A stretch of DNA of 64,000 nucleotides from the human T2T-CHM13v2.0 reference genome, Homo sapiens: NCBI RefSeq assembly GCF_009914755.1, contig NC_060929.1; one strand, given 5' to 3'. Each line of letters opens with the position of its first letter. The first letter of the stretch is position 1. The position numbers and the translations under genes were made by a program. Of the stretch, positions 28,241-45,454 are shown piece by piece. The notes beneath the pieces were generated by a model. It made no database searches and was not told the origin of the DNA. It saw nothing but the letters and a program-made list of their open reading frames with translations.

Positions 28241-29039
28241 CTTGAAGAGAGAAAATGGAAGAAGGTACAAGTTGATGTAGATAGTGTCATTTTGGTAACA
28301 GTAAATATAATAAATTCCAGATTAAGAATATAAGGTCAAGGAGATGCCTTTGAAATGAGTTAGCCAATCAGCTTTTAAAAACAGAGGAAAACAAAGTAGT
28401 GAACTTAGGGGGAAAAAACAAAGCAAAAATTAATCAGAAAGGTACATATTTACATTGCAAATTAATGGGAAATTTGATGCTCCTGAGCTTTTAGCCTTAA
28501 AAAATGAGGTTTAAGATTAATGATTTTAAACCTTTGGAGAGATATACACTGAAATTTCCAAAAGGGCAGAATTGCAGTAACAGATTCACACTAGTACATT
28601 AACAGACTAGATCTTTTTGTCTGCATTTGTTCCATGCAGTTTAAAATAGAGATGCTCTATGAGAAAAAAACTAATAATTGCCATTCTAGCCTCCAACTCT
28701 TTTTCCACTTAAGTACCTAAAGTATCTATTTCACACCATCTCCAAAGCTCAGACTTATTCCACTCTGCCATATTGTCTACTGCAGTAGGACCCATCAGAT
28801 CAAGAGGTTCTGAAATCTTTTTTCAACATTCTGTTTCCTGCAAGCCTATTTCTCCTTCTTTTTCTAATAATAGTAGGAATAATTATAACGATAAGATAAA
28901 ATGTAAAATATTTATCTGACTCATTGGGACAATACTCATATGCTCCTGGACATTTATTTTTTTTTTTTTAATGAGTAAACCATCTAGCATTTCTGAGTAG
29001 CTTAAAGACAGCGTTGATCTCTTAATTTCTCTCAAATTT

Positions 29040-29060
29040 CTCAGCACCTGGGACAGCGTC
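29040..29060 (+). promoter_or_regulatory. RE1/NRSE (REST-binding) element
   Basis: CTCAGCACCTGGGACAGCGTC versus consensus TTCAGCACCACGGACAGCGCC; both half-sites (TCAGCACC, GGACAG) are intact with the canonical 2-nt spacer. Confidence 0.7.
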
Positions 29061-29765
29061 TGACACATAGATGATACCCCTGTTACTATTCTAAGAGTAA
29101 GTGAATGAATTCATAAATTCTTCAAGCTCATTAAAGACAAATACACCCTGCTATCACTAATACGCCTTTCTCAAGAACCCTCATAAGTGATAGATCTATA
29201 AGAACCTAATATTGTTTATCAGAGGGACTGGAAGTTTGAGTATATAGAGGAGTAACACGCATTTTCACTTAACTTGCACAAGTTCAATTTCACATGTTTG
29301 TCAAAATATAGAGAAAATAATTCAAATACTAGGAGAAATTCTATCATCCATTTCATTCAGTAACCATATACCCTAGAGTTAGCATATGGGAGGCATAAAT
29401 TTTATTTCCCAGTTTTCTTGTACTCCTCCCAAAGAAAGCCTCTCACTGTGCTAAGTGTGATTTTAGTGTCTCAGGTAATACACTTTTTATATGGCATTCT
29501 TCATAAATACAAACAAGCAATATCATGTGACAATCAACTAAAGAAGCAACAATCCATTCTAAGCTGTAAAAGAAATTGGCTGGGTTGGATTTATTCCGAA
29601 ATGGCATAACGGTTTCCAATGCTGTCCTTATAAGGAAATGTGTTAATGCTATCATTTTTGTCCATGTTATTTTAACCTTTCAACTAATTTTTAAAATCAA
29701 GTCTAAGATGTAGCTACACTGTAAATATCTGAAGAGTTTGGGAGGAGGGATTTGCTCTGTATGGG

Positions 29766-29811
29766 GTGTGTCTGTCTGTGTCTGTGTGTGTGTGTGTGTG
29801 TGTATGTATGT
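29766..29811. repeat. Interrupted (GT)n microsatellite
   Basis: Direct read. Confidence 0.9.
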
Positions 29812-30430
29812 ACTGCATGTGTTGCCATGACAGGAATACAGCTCTAGGTGGAATGAAAACTTACCTTCAATCATAAAGCTTCACATTTGGCCACTTTCCT
29901 CTCCCTCTGTAGTTGAAAAAAAAATAGATTTTGCTATAATTTTAGAGGCCCCTGCTCCAGGGAAATCACTTTTCCGTTAAACGGTACACACATTTATTTC
30001 AAAGAGAAAATGAAATCTGAATTGAGGGCAAGGATAATTGAGGAGTAGGTCCATGATACTGTGGCTACCAGAGATAGGTGGATTCAGTGAGAGACAACCA
30101 GGGAGCCATACACAGGTATCTAAGTCTCAGGAAGTACTTGTGTATTCCATTATTCACAGGAATTGATGCTGTGCCAAGCATCTGAGTTATAAGCTACGTA
30201 ACACTGGACAAACTACTTCCCCTCTACAGACTTCATCTCTAAAGTGGGCAGAACCATGATACCTACCTTGTAGAATTGTAGTAAAGATTAAATGAGATAG
30301 TAGAGGTAAGGTGCTAGGGCACATGATTAGACATGAACCCTCACTTAATAAACACTATTTATTAACACTTAGTCACTCATAAAATAAGGTGTGGGATTAG
30401 ACAGTTCCTCCCAGTTTTGATATTCTAGCT

Positions 30431-30692
30431 CAGCAGTATTCAATAGAAATATGCATGCCATATATGCAATTGTAATTTTCTAATAAACACATCTTATAAA
30501 GTGAAAAGAAACAAGTGAGATTCATTTGAATAATGTATGTTATTTAATTCTATACAGAGAAAATATCATTTTAGCACATAATCAATAAAAATCATTAATG
30601 AGGTATTTTGTGCTCTTTTTCTTGCACTAAGTCTTTGCGGTTGAGTGTGGCCACACATACAGTACATTTCAAATTCAGACTAGCTGCTTTTC
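30431..30692 (+). mobile_element. MER33 (hAT-Charlie), left part, split by the L1
   Basis: caatagaaatat...aaagtgaaaagaaacaagtgag...aattcagactagc resembles the MER33 consensus. Confidence 0.75.
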
Positions 30693-30926
30693 TTTATTTT
30701 ATTTTATTTTATTTTATTATTATTATACTTTAAGTTTTAGGGTACATGTGCACAACATGCAGGTTTGTTACATATATATACATGTGCCATATTGGTGTGC
30801 TGCACCCATTAACTCTTCATTTAGCATTAGGTATATCTCCTAATGCTATCCCTCCCCACTCCCCCTACCCCACAACCGTCCCCAGTGTGTGATGTTCCCT
30901 TTCCTGTGTCCATGTGTTCTCATTGT

Positions 30927-34760
<3,834 letters not shown>

Positions 34761-34808
34761 TTATTTTGCTCGTTATTTGATGGAGTTTCTTCCTAGCCTT
34801 GATAGTCT

Positions 34809-35822
34809 TTACAATTTAGCATGTTTTTGCAGTGGCTAGTACTGATCGTTCCTTTCCATGTTTAGTGCTTCCTTCAGGAGCTCTTTCAGGGCAGGCCTGG
34901 TGGTGACAAAATCTCTCAGCATTTGCTTGTCTGTAAAGTATTTTATTTCTCCTTCACTTATGAAGCTTAGTTTGGCTGGATATGAAATTCTGGGTTGAAA
35001 ATTCTTTTCTTTAAGAATGTTGAATATTGGCCCCCACTCTCTTCTGGCTTGTAGAGTTCCTGCTGAGATATCAGCTGTTAGTCTGATGGGCTTCCCTTTG
35101 TGGGTAACCTGACCTTTCTCTCTGGCTGCCTTTAACATTTTTTCCTTCATTTCAACTTTGGTGAATCTGACAATTAAGTGTCTTGGAGTTGCTCTTCTCG
35201 AGGAGTATCTTTGTGGCGTTCTCTGTATTTCCTGAATTTGAATGTTGGCCTGCCTTGCTAGATTGGGGAAGTTCTCCTGGATAATATCCTGCAGAGTGTT
35301 TTCCAACTTGTTCCATTCTCCCTGTCACTTTTAGGTACACCAATCAGACGTAGATTGGGGCTTTTCACATAGTCCCATATTTCTTGGAGGCTTTGTTCAT
35401 TTCTTTTTATTCTTTTTTCTCTAAACTTCTCTTCATGCTTCATTTCATTCATTTCATCTTCCATCGCTGATACCCTTTCTTCCAGTTGATCGCATCGATT
35501 ACTGAGGCTTGTGCATTCGTCACATAGTTCTTGTGCCATGGTTTTCAGCTCCATCAGGTCCTTTAAGGACTTCTCTGCATCACTTATTCTAGTTAGCCAT
35601 TTGTCTAATTTTTTTTAAAGTTTTTAACTTCTTTGCCGTTGGTTCAAACTTCCTCCTTTAGTTTGGAGTAGTTTGATCTTCTGAAGCGTTCTTCTCTCAA
35701 CTTGTCAAAGTCATTCTCCATCCAGCTTTGTTCTGTTGCTGTTAAGGGGATGTGTTCCTTTGGAGGAGGAGAGGCATTCTGATTTTTAGAGTTTCTGGTT
35801 TTTCTGCTGTTTTTTTCCCCAT
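34809..35822 (-). pseudogene. L1 ORF1p (RNA-binding chaperone), disrupted
   Basis: Fragments 35258-35554 and 34836-35306 match ORF1p (RNEQSLQEIWDYVK, ARREWGPIFNILKEKNFQPRISYPAKLSF); frameshift near 35300 and premature TAG at 34836. Confidence 0.92.
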
Positions 35823-36397
35823 CTTACTGGTTTTATCTACCTTTGGTCTTTGATGATGGTGACATACAGATGGGTTTTTGGTGTGGATGTCCTTTCTGTT
35901 TGTTAGTTTTCCTTCTAACAGTCAGGACCCTCAGCTGCAGGTTTGTTGGAGTTTGCTGGAGGTCCACTCCAGACCCTGTTTGCCTGGGAATCAGCAGCGG
36001 TGGCTGCAGAACAGCGGATATTGGTGAACCGCAGATGCTGCTGCCTGATCGTTCCTCTGGAAGTTTTGTCTCAGAGGAGTATCTGGCCGTGTGAGGTGTC
36101 AGTCTGCCCCTACTGGGGGGTGCCTCCTAGTTAGGCTACTCGGGGGTCAGGGACCCACTTGAGGAGGCAGTCTGCTCGCTCTCAGATCTCAAGCTGCATG
36201 CTGGGAGAACCACTACTCTCTTCAAAACTGTCAGACAGGGACATTTAGGTCTGCAGAGGTTATTGCTGTCTTTTGTCTGTCTGTGCCCTGCCCCCAGAGG
36301 TGGAGCCTACAGAGGCAGGCAGGCCTCCTTGATCTGTGGTGGGCTCCACCCAGTTCAAGCTTCCTGGCTGCTTTGTTTACCTACTCAATCCTGGGCA

Positions 36398-36472
36398 ATG
36401 GCGGGCGCCCCTCCCCCAGCCTCGCTGCTGCCTTGCAGCTTGATCTCAGACTGCTGTGCTAGCAATGAGTGA
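36398..36472 (+). pseudogene. L1 antisense ORF0, truncated at 24 codons
   Basis: MAGAPPPASLLPCSLISDCCASNE* matches the N-terminus of primate L1 ORF0; the same frame continues after the stop (...EKRSIRVGVTRFSRC). Confidence 0.8.
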
Positions 36473-36850
36473 GGCTCCATGGGCATAGGACCCGCTGAGC
36501 CAGGTGCAGGATATAATCTCCTGGTGTGCTCTTTGTTAAGCCTGTTGGAAAAGCGCAGTATTAGGGTGGGAGTGACCCGATTTTCCAGGTGCTGTCTGTC
36601 AACCCTTTCTTTGACTAGGAAAGGGAATTCCCTGACCCCTTGCACTTCCCAGGTGAGGCAATGCCTCGCCCTGCTTTGGCTCATGCACGGTGCACTGCAC
36701 CCACTGTCCTGCACCCACTGTCTGGCACTCCCCAGTGAGATGAACCCAGTACCTCAGTTGGAAATGCAGAAATCACCCATCTTCTGCGTCGCTCACACTG
36801 GGAGCTGTAGACTGGAGCTGTTCCTATTCGGCCATCTTGGCTCCACCCCC

Positions 36851-36920
36851 AGACTAGCTGCTTTTCTTGTGTTCAATAGCAGCCACACATGGTTGTTGGC
36901 TACCACATTGAACAGCACAG
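36851..36920 (+). mobile_element. MER33 right end
   Basis: ...caatagcagccacacatgg...ggctaccacattgaacagcacag is the MER33/MER3-type terminus and continues the left part. Confidence 0.75.
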
Positions 36921-37819
36921 TTCTAGAATAATCAGTTTAGTTTTAAAGATTCAATTTGCTTTAGCTGAATAACTTTAAAAAATAATGCCAAAAGGCACTT
37001 GAAAGTTCAGCACTGAGATCTTGGGTGAGATATTTGGGCTAGAAATGGAGATGATGGAGCTATTTTTATTGTTAAGGACATGAGAATGGGTGGCCACCAT
37101 CAAGCGTGATATCTTCCCTAGGGAGGCATCTTTGGGTTAAGCCTTTATTGTCCACCAAGGAGTTGTAGAAATATGTTACCTTGAATGGTTGGTTGCTATC
37201 ATCACTTGGGTCTCTCTATGGACCTATGAGACAGTGAGAGAAATTACATTATACTTGTGTTCCTGACTACATCCCAGTTAATTAATAGTGACTCTAGTCT
37301 TATTTATAACAGTAACTTAAAGTTAATGGGCAATCAGAGTTGTAACAATCATTAAAATAAGGAATGTAAAGACAGTTTTATGCTAGTAGTTAAATCTGAA
37401 AGACACTAGAAATGAAGTGTGAAGCAAAGGAGGTGAATTGTATGTGTGTGTCTGTGTGTGTAACCAGTGACGCATGTAACCTGATAAGGAAGGAGTAGTT
37501 TAACTGTTGTTCCAAGAACCCAAAAAGATTCTGAGCATACACACCCTGTAGGAAAGGGAGATGAGAAGATAGAATTGCAGGGCAAGAATCTATAAGATAT
37601 TAAAACTGTCACAGGTGGTACTTTAGGTTGATCTACCCCAGACCTGCTTTCCAAAAAACTTCCTCACAGCCTTGCAATAGTTCACCAAAACTAAATCCTT
37701 TTCGAGGCTGAACACAACAGTGAAAACTGTTCCTTCTCATTGTGTTCATCTATGACACCTAGTCTGTGGAAATGAGGATGACTGCACCTTTGAATCAATG
37801 TATTTCATGAGTGTAATGC

Positions 37820-38030
37820 AGAGATTAAGAGCTCAGACTTTAGTTCTGCCATACCTGGGCTTGGACACTGGCTCCCCCACTTACCGTGTGACCTGGAGCC
37901 CAACCTCTCCCAACCTCCACTTTCCTGTGAAGTGGAAACAGTTACCTCATTCACAGGAATGTTGCAAGGCTTAAGTGAGATGATGCATGCAAACCACCAG
38001 GCTCAGTGGCAGGCACCTCATTATTATGAG
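37820..38030 (+). mobile_element. MIR
   Basis: gctcccccacttaccgtgtgacctgg...cttaagtgagatgatgcatg. Confidence 0.6.
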
Positions 38031-39989
38031 CATTTGTTGTAAACTCTCCCCCTGCAGATTTAGTTATGCAAAAGCAAGTTTTTAATGCGGTAGAAAATAA
38101 TCAAGAGCAAGCATTTGGATGATTCCATACATTTTGCTCCTTATTATGCATTTAATTATTTTGGGTAGTTGGTGGAAAGAATCAATAAAAACGCCAACAA
38201 GAAAGGCAATTTTTAAAAATGTTAACATGTTTCAAACATAAAAATAGAAGGCGAAAATTCTATTCCAGTTTCACGAGGAAAATCTTTAAGGTAGCATTGT
38301 GATCCCACTGTGACACACTAGAATCTTCTGAGGCGGGAATTACATCGTCGGAAATTAAGTTCTGAGCCTCATTGAAGGGAGTGTAGCTATGAAAATAAGA
38401 ACATACTGCCTTAATTATCAGATGGTCCTGGCACTGAGAAGCTGCTCCTGGGCTCCTTTCTCTAGACCATAGACCTCTAATTTGTAAAGGGAGAACGTTG
38501 TACTAAGATATCCGATTTCCTTCTGCTTCTCACACTATCAGATTCTATGTCTGTAGCAGAATTAGGTCCCAGTGATTCAATTAATGAGAATGTGACTTAA
38601 TTAAAATAATTAGCTGTTGAGGCTCCTCCCCCATCCAAATGGGGAGGTCCTCCTTATAATTCTTGAGATAGCAGGATTTGAGGTCAAGAGGAAATGATGG
38701 GGTAATAAAAAGGACATGAGGATTTGAGGAGAGAGTTAAAGAGCAGAGAAACTGAAGGCAGCACCTGAAGTTGGAGAGGCAGGTGGGAAAAAAGCAGGAA
38801 AAGAGGGAATTTGAATGTTCCTGGAAATTATGTTGCACCTTCCTGTTGCTGAGACATACTTACGAAAGATTTGGGTTATTTTGAAATAGCTGTAGATTGC
38901 TAGACTGTGTTCTTTTGATGAAAACACCATTTCTGGACCAACCATGTGGACTACAGCATTATCATTATCCCTATTGGTTTCAGAGATGCCACTAAGCCAC
39001 GTGGTCAAGCTTACTCCCTTTCAGACTGGTACATCTCTTCCCCCATAATCCTCACCCCGCACCCTAAGAAAATCTCTTACATGGGACTATTGGATGCATC
39101 CCAAAGGTGGCTATTTGACCCCTTTTACTTGGGAAAACCCAGGATGACAAATGTGTGGGAATTTTTTCTTCCACAGTTCACAGTTTTCTTTAGCTGGGCC
39201 CATATCCATCCTTCCCACATGGACATAAGCAGTGGACGACTGTGTATTTTACTTTTCTGAAGTTTAATTCCTCTCATTTTTTTTCTTTTGTGTTTTAAAT
39301 CTCCTTTATGCTTTTGAATTGAAATAGGAAGATAATTGACCTAGATTGCTTTCCACTCTTCCCTCCCCTCTCTCATCTGCTGACTCGGGACAAACTTCAA
39401 ACACAATTTAGGCACTGTCTCTACAGTTTCTAAAAGCTTTCCTGACCTCTTTCCTTAATTCCATAAAATCTGCGCAAAGCTCATCACCTCACTTATTGCA
39501 CTGTATTAAAACGATGCATTCATGTGGCCACCTCTCCTTCATGGTAAGCACCGTATCTCCTTCACCTCCTTCTCCATAACACAGCACAGCCTCTGAAATG
39601 AAGCCAGTCTTCAGCAAGTGCTTTGATGAACAGTAAATTTTGAAGCAGCTCTTGAAGACTCCCTTGAGGTCCATTTTCTTTTGCTGAAGCCCAAAGAGGT
39701 GGGGAATATAGGGAAAGTCCTTCTCTAGGTTCCCATGGGAACTGAAATAAATGCAGCAACAATTAGAGGAGAAATGAATGCACTAAAAATATCATTTTAC
39801 AAAGTAAAGGAATGTTACTATTTCAAGTGCTCAATTATACCTGCTGCCCTTTCTTTGCCATAGGAGAATGTTTAAAACAGCTTACAAAATTATGGTTCTT
39901 TGTTAATTAAAAAGCTTATTCACCAATCCTAATAATACTATATATATATAGATGTATGTGTATGTATATATACAGATATAAAATATCGT

Positions 39990-40740
39990 CTAGATCTATG
40001 ATTTTCTTTCTTCCTTTTATTTATTCATTCAGCCAATCTTTACTGCATGCCAACAATAATGTGCTAGACACCATGCTAAGCTTCAGGGACACAACAGTGA
40101 CTAAAAGAGCCAAGATAGTCTTTCTTCATGGAGTACACAGTCTAACAGGGTAAATAGACAACTTGAAAAGCAAGCAAACAAATAAATATAGTCTTACAAA
40201 TTGTTCAAGTGACATGCAGGAACTAGCAAGGTGCTATTATGGAGACTAACGGAGGGGTCGTTGGGTTGGGCATCACTCAGTAAGAGGCACCTAATGTTAG
40301 ACCCAGAGGAAGAGAAGGGACTGGTCTACAAAGAGCTGGAGGTAAACTGTTCCAGCCCAAAGGAAGTGCAGGTGCAACGACTTCAAGAAAAAGGGAATCA
40401 GGAGCTTGAAGAATGGAAAGAAGGCTCGTGTGGCTGCAGCAGAGCTGAACAGGAGGAGATTGACTATGTATGACAGAGAAAATTTAGATTTTGCTCAAAG
40501 GGCAATGGGAAGTCACTGAAGCATTTTAAGGAGGGATGTGCTATAATCCCATTTCAAAAGATCACTGCAGTTACTCCAAGATAACAGTTTTGGAAGGTGA
40601 ATAAAAAACGTGAAAGCTAACTATGAGATTTTCAAGCAGTGAAGCAAGAGATGATAATGGTTTAAATAAGGATGGTGGTAGTAGAGACTGGACAATATGA
40701 ATGTGGCTGAGAAATATTTTGAAAGCAGACACACCAAAAT
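39990..40740 (-). mobile_element. L2 fragment
   Basis: attcattcagcc...gcaatgggaagtcactgaagcattttaag...aagagatgataatgg. Confidence 0.6.
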
Positions 40741-41471
40741 TTATTTGAAAATTTGAATTCTAGAATTCTATGACAGAATAAAAGCAAGCTCAACCCTATT
40801 TTATTCTGTGATAAAGTCAGTGTTTCAAATAAAGTTGAACTTGCTTTTTCAAGAAGGTAAAAAATATTGATTTTGAGGAAACTCTGAGAGACCTAAGCAG
40901 AACAACTAAAGAGATAGCTGGATGTTCACTTGCTCTCTCCCCTCTCCTTTCCTTTCTCCTTCTTTCCTCCCTCCACCACTTGCTTTCTCTTCTGCACACA
41001 TCCTTGGGCCCTCCTCATTCTCAGGCAACCTCCACCTTGCTCTGTGGTGGGCTCTGTCTTCATCCTGTCTCTTTCCCATGTTGCCTACCCTTTGCTTATA
41101 ACTGTCACTATGTATCTGGCTTCTGCCTCTCCTGCAAGCAAAAACAATGACTTTATCATAAAATAATGTCCTTCTATGGATTTCCTTCAACCCACCCTTC
41201 CAAACTACTCATGTGTTTATAACTACATGAACCATCCCCTGGGCTAATAAGTTGGGGTCAAACACATACCCTTCTCCACATACTTGCTAAGTCCTTACCA
41301 ACCTTAGTTGGCCTTTCCCATCTCATTCTTCTCCACTATCTTTTATAATTAAACATAGGATTTCAGCTGCAGTGACATGGAATAGTGAGTGGCTTATTTT
41401 TGGACTAGGAAGGCTGCTGGAAAGTCTTTGGTGAATAAAATAAACAACAGCATTTCATTGCATAGTCATGA

Positions 41472-41783
<312 letters not shown>

Positions 41784-42598
41784 AAGAATGCATTCTTAAT
41801 TACTCCCTTCACACTTTCATCCTGATGCTAAGCATCATCCTGCTCTGTGTTGGCCTGTTAGAAGCAAACTCTTAGTTTTTTGTTTGAATAAGATACTGTT
41901 GTAGAGAGGATTAAATGGGGTGATACATATGAAGCATCTAATAGATGCTATTGCCTAGCATCTAATAGTTGCTCAATAAATAGTAGCTGTCCTGAATTAA
42001 AAAGTCCTCTCCCTCTATCTGTTATCTGATTGGAGCTAACTCAAGGAAAAATATCCCCAAAAAGGATTCTTCCCCTTTAAAATAATATCATTGACATTTC
42101 ACACCTTAGAACCTCTTAATCTTCAGCTGTTTTCAGTCAGAGACTCTTTAAAGGAGGCCGATCTTGTTTAAATATTGAAAAGCTAAGTTTCACAAAAACA
42201 GAATGATCATTAAACTAAGAATTATGAGTTGTAGTGTTCATTATGGTTTCCCAACTACAGGCATACAGTGATAAGTTGAATGTGAGAATGTGAGCCCTCA
42301 GAAAAATCTTAGAGATAATTTTTCTAGCTTTTTTTTTTCATTTTTTTAAATAGGAAATTAAGATCCAGAGAGAGAAAAGCAACTTGCCTAGGACTACGTA
42401 GAGAGTTTGTGGCTGAGCTGGGAAGGAACCAGGGTTTCCAACTTCCAGCACAGTGCTCTTCGGATTTCTTTCCCTTACTAGCAGGAGATTCCTTGTACAG
42501 GCTTGGAGCCAAATCTTCTTGCTTAGGTCTCTTTCCACATAAGACAGAGAAGGGAGATCCTCAGGGTGTAGAAAAATGCAAGGCACAGACAATACCTC

Positions 42599-43166
42599 CG
42601 TGATGGTTAATGTTGAGTGCCAACTTGACTGGATTGAAGGATGCAAAGTATTGTTCCTGCGTGTATCTGTGAGGGTGTTGCCAAAGGAGATTAACATTTG
42701 AGTCAGTGGACTGGGAGAGGCAAACCCACCCTGAATCTGGGTGGGAACCCTCTAATCTTAATTTTAGTCGGCTTTAATCAGCTGCCACTGTGGCTAGAAT
42801 AAAGCAGGCAGAAGTTGCAAAGAGCAGACTTGCTGAGTCTTCCAGCCTTCAACTTTCTCCTTTGCAGGATGCTTCCTGCCCTCAAATATCAGACTCCAAG
42901 TTCTTTAGCTTTTGTGCTCTTGGACTTACACCAGTGGTTGGCCAGGAGCTCTCAGGCCTTTGACCACAGACTGAAGGCTACACAGTTGGCTTCCCTACTT
43001 TTGAGGCTTTGGGACTCAGACTGGCTTTCTTGCTCCTCAGCTTGTAGACAGCCTATTGTGAGACTTCATCTTGTGATTGTGTGAGTCAATACTCCTTAAT
43101 AAACTCCCCTTTAAATACACATCTACCCTATTAGTTCTGTCCTTCTAGAGAACCCTGACGAATACA
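42599..43166 (+). mobile_element. MLT2A-type (HERV-L) solo LTR
   Basis: (t>c)gtgatggttaatgttgagtgccaacttg...aataaactccc...gaaccctgacgaataca; 5-bp TSD acctc/acccc. Confidence 0.88.
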
Positions 43167-44485
43167 ACCCCTCACTCATGCTAACTTCTCAGGTCTCAGA
43201 GAGAGGGCTAGAAACCAGTGCAAATGTGCTCATTGGTTACTGGCTTCCTGAATTAGTCCAGATCTGACATAAACCAAACGCCAATTTGCAGAATCAAGAG
43301 CAAGCAAAGGATGAGATAGGAATGGAGAAGGGAAGTCATACGAGTTTCCCATATTTGGCTTCTTTCAGGCAAGGATTGTATTTTTGTAATCTTGCATTTC
43401 CTAATACATATTTGTTGAATAAATGAATACATTCTCAGCCTTTCTCTGGCATTGCCCTTAAACAATATGTTAAATATATAGAGAGATTCTAAAGCCTGTC
43501 AGAGCATCAGATACAGTTAGATTAACCTGAATAATGCAAGACTAAAATTAAGAACTGAAAAATTAACCTGACCAAAAACTGTGCTTCAAATAAGTGAACC
43601 TAACGGACTTATGTTCCAGTTTATTTATCTTATCTAATGTAGTTTTCAAGTTCTGTATCTGTCTTAAAAGTCTTCTTATTTTGACAGTTTTTAAACAAAA
43701 TATACATAACCACTCCAGTCATGAAGGGAAGACAGAGAGTAATCAAATGATTACACAAATAAATCTATACTTATAACTGTGGTGAGTAGAATGAAATACG
43801 TGAATTGTGAGCAAAAATGACATAATTAATAGAGGTCTAGCTTTCAGAACATGGGAGGTGATGGTCTCTCACAACTCACACTCTTCTCCAGATTTGAGTT
43901 TGGAGTTCAGTTCTAGTGCCTCCATTTTAAGACCCTAGCAAGAAATTCTCCTACTGCCTCCAGAGTTAGTCTGATTTTTAAAATGCCATTTTCTCACATG
44001 CTCTGCTTCTCTTCAGCACAAGAACAAAAACAAACAAGAGAAAACTAGATTTCTTTCATTCATTAAAGATTTTTGAGGTCTCTGCTATGTGTCAGGGATT
44101 TCGCTAGAGCTAGGGATACAGTCGATGAGAAATCAACCCATTTTCTGCTCTCCTGGGGTTAACAGTCTTGCAGGAGAGACAGACAGTAATCCCATGAGTG
44201 AACAAATTAAAGGTATAAACACAAATAATAAGTACCAAAACGTACAGAAAACTATGAAGAAATATAATGTAATTCCAATTAAAACTCTTAACGAGCTTTT
44301 CTGAGGACTGAAATTCACACTGATATTTAAAGAATATGTAATAATTAACAAAGCAGAGAGGGTGATGTCCCAGTACAAATACTAGAAAACCACTACCACT
44401 GGCCAGGTTGTTCCTGGCAAATTGTGTGACCTTTAAACTGTGAATTGGAGGGAATTGAGTATTCCAGAGTAATGAATTAAATTGC

Positions 44486-44802
44486 TAGGGCCAGCGAGCC
44501 AAATCCAGCCCTGCTGCCTGTTTTTGTACAGCTCATGAGATAAGATTGGTTTTTACTTTTTAAATGGCTTAAAGAAAGATCAAAAGCAGAATAATATTTC
44601 GTGACATATGAAAATTATGTGAAATATGAGAAAATTTCAGTGCCCATAAATAAAGTTTCATTGCAACACAGACGCAGCCACTTCTTTACATACTATAGCT
44701 CCCTTTGTGCTACAGCTGCAGAATTGAATTGCTGCAACACGGCTCTGCAAAGCCTAAAATATTTGCTATCTGCCCCTTTGCAGAAAAAGTTTACCAACCT
44801 CT
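44486..44802. mobile_element. MER58-family element
   Basis: gccaaatccagccc...gtgcccataaataaagttt...cagaaaaagtttaccaacctctg. Confidence 0.72.
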
Positions 44803-45454
44803 GGATTATAAGAACGTGTTTCTTTTCAGAAGATAAAATTGTCAGTGTTGAGGTTGCTGCTTGAGGTAAGGGTTTAAATGTTTACAGTAGTGGAATTATA
44901 TTGGTTCCAGGAAACATGCTTTCAGTGTTTGTAAAAGTGATTGGCCTGCTCTTTGGCCCCAGGTGTCCCTAAGAGATAACTGAGACTTGAGTACATGGCT
45001 TCTTTTCCATAGAATACAGCCATTTCCTGCGCCCCAACCCCCCCACAAGATGAGGCAGTCACTTTCAAGGGTGGGAGGATTTGAGTTTCAGTTGCAGTGG
45101 CCCATTTATTTAAAAAAAGAGAGAGGAAACAAAAAAAAAAAAACAAAAACAGCCTATGGGACCTGTCATCTCCTGAGTTAGCAGCAGACACCTAGCATCT
45201 GATGACACCAAGGCTGCCAAGGCTTGTGATCCTCATTTCTCTTCTCCTGCTGCACAGACATAGGAAGGTTAAAAAAAGAGGTTGTATGGTTTGGCCTGCT
45301 AAAATTCTCTATACACCTCTCTTAGGGTCAGTGACTCAGAGAGACAGGGTGTAAGCAAATAAAAGCGTTTGTGCTTCGTTGCCTGCTTTCTCCATACTAA
45401 CATGACAGCTTGTGGAAACAAGGTCAAGGAATTTAAAACAAAAGATACACCTAC

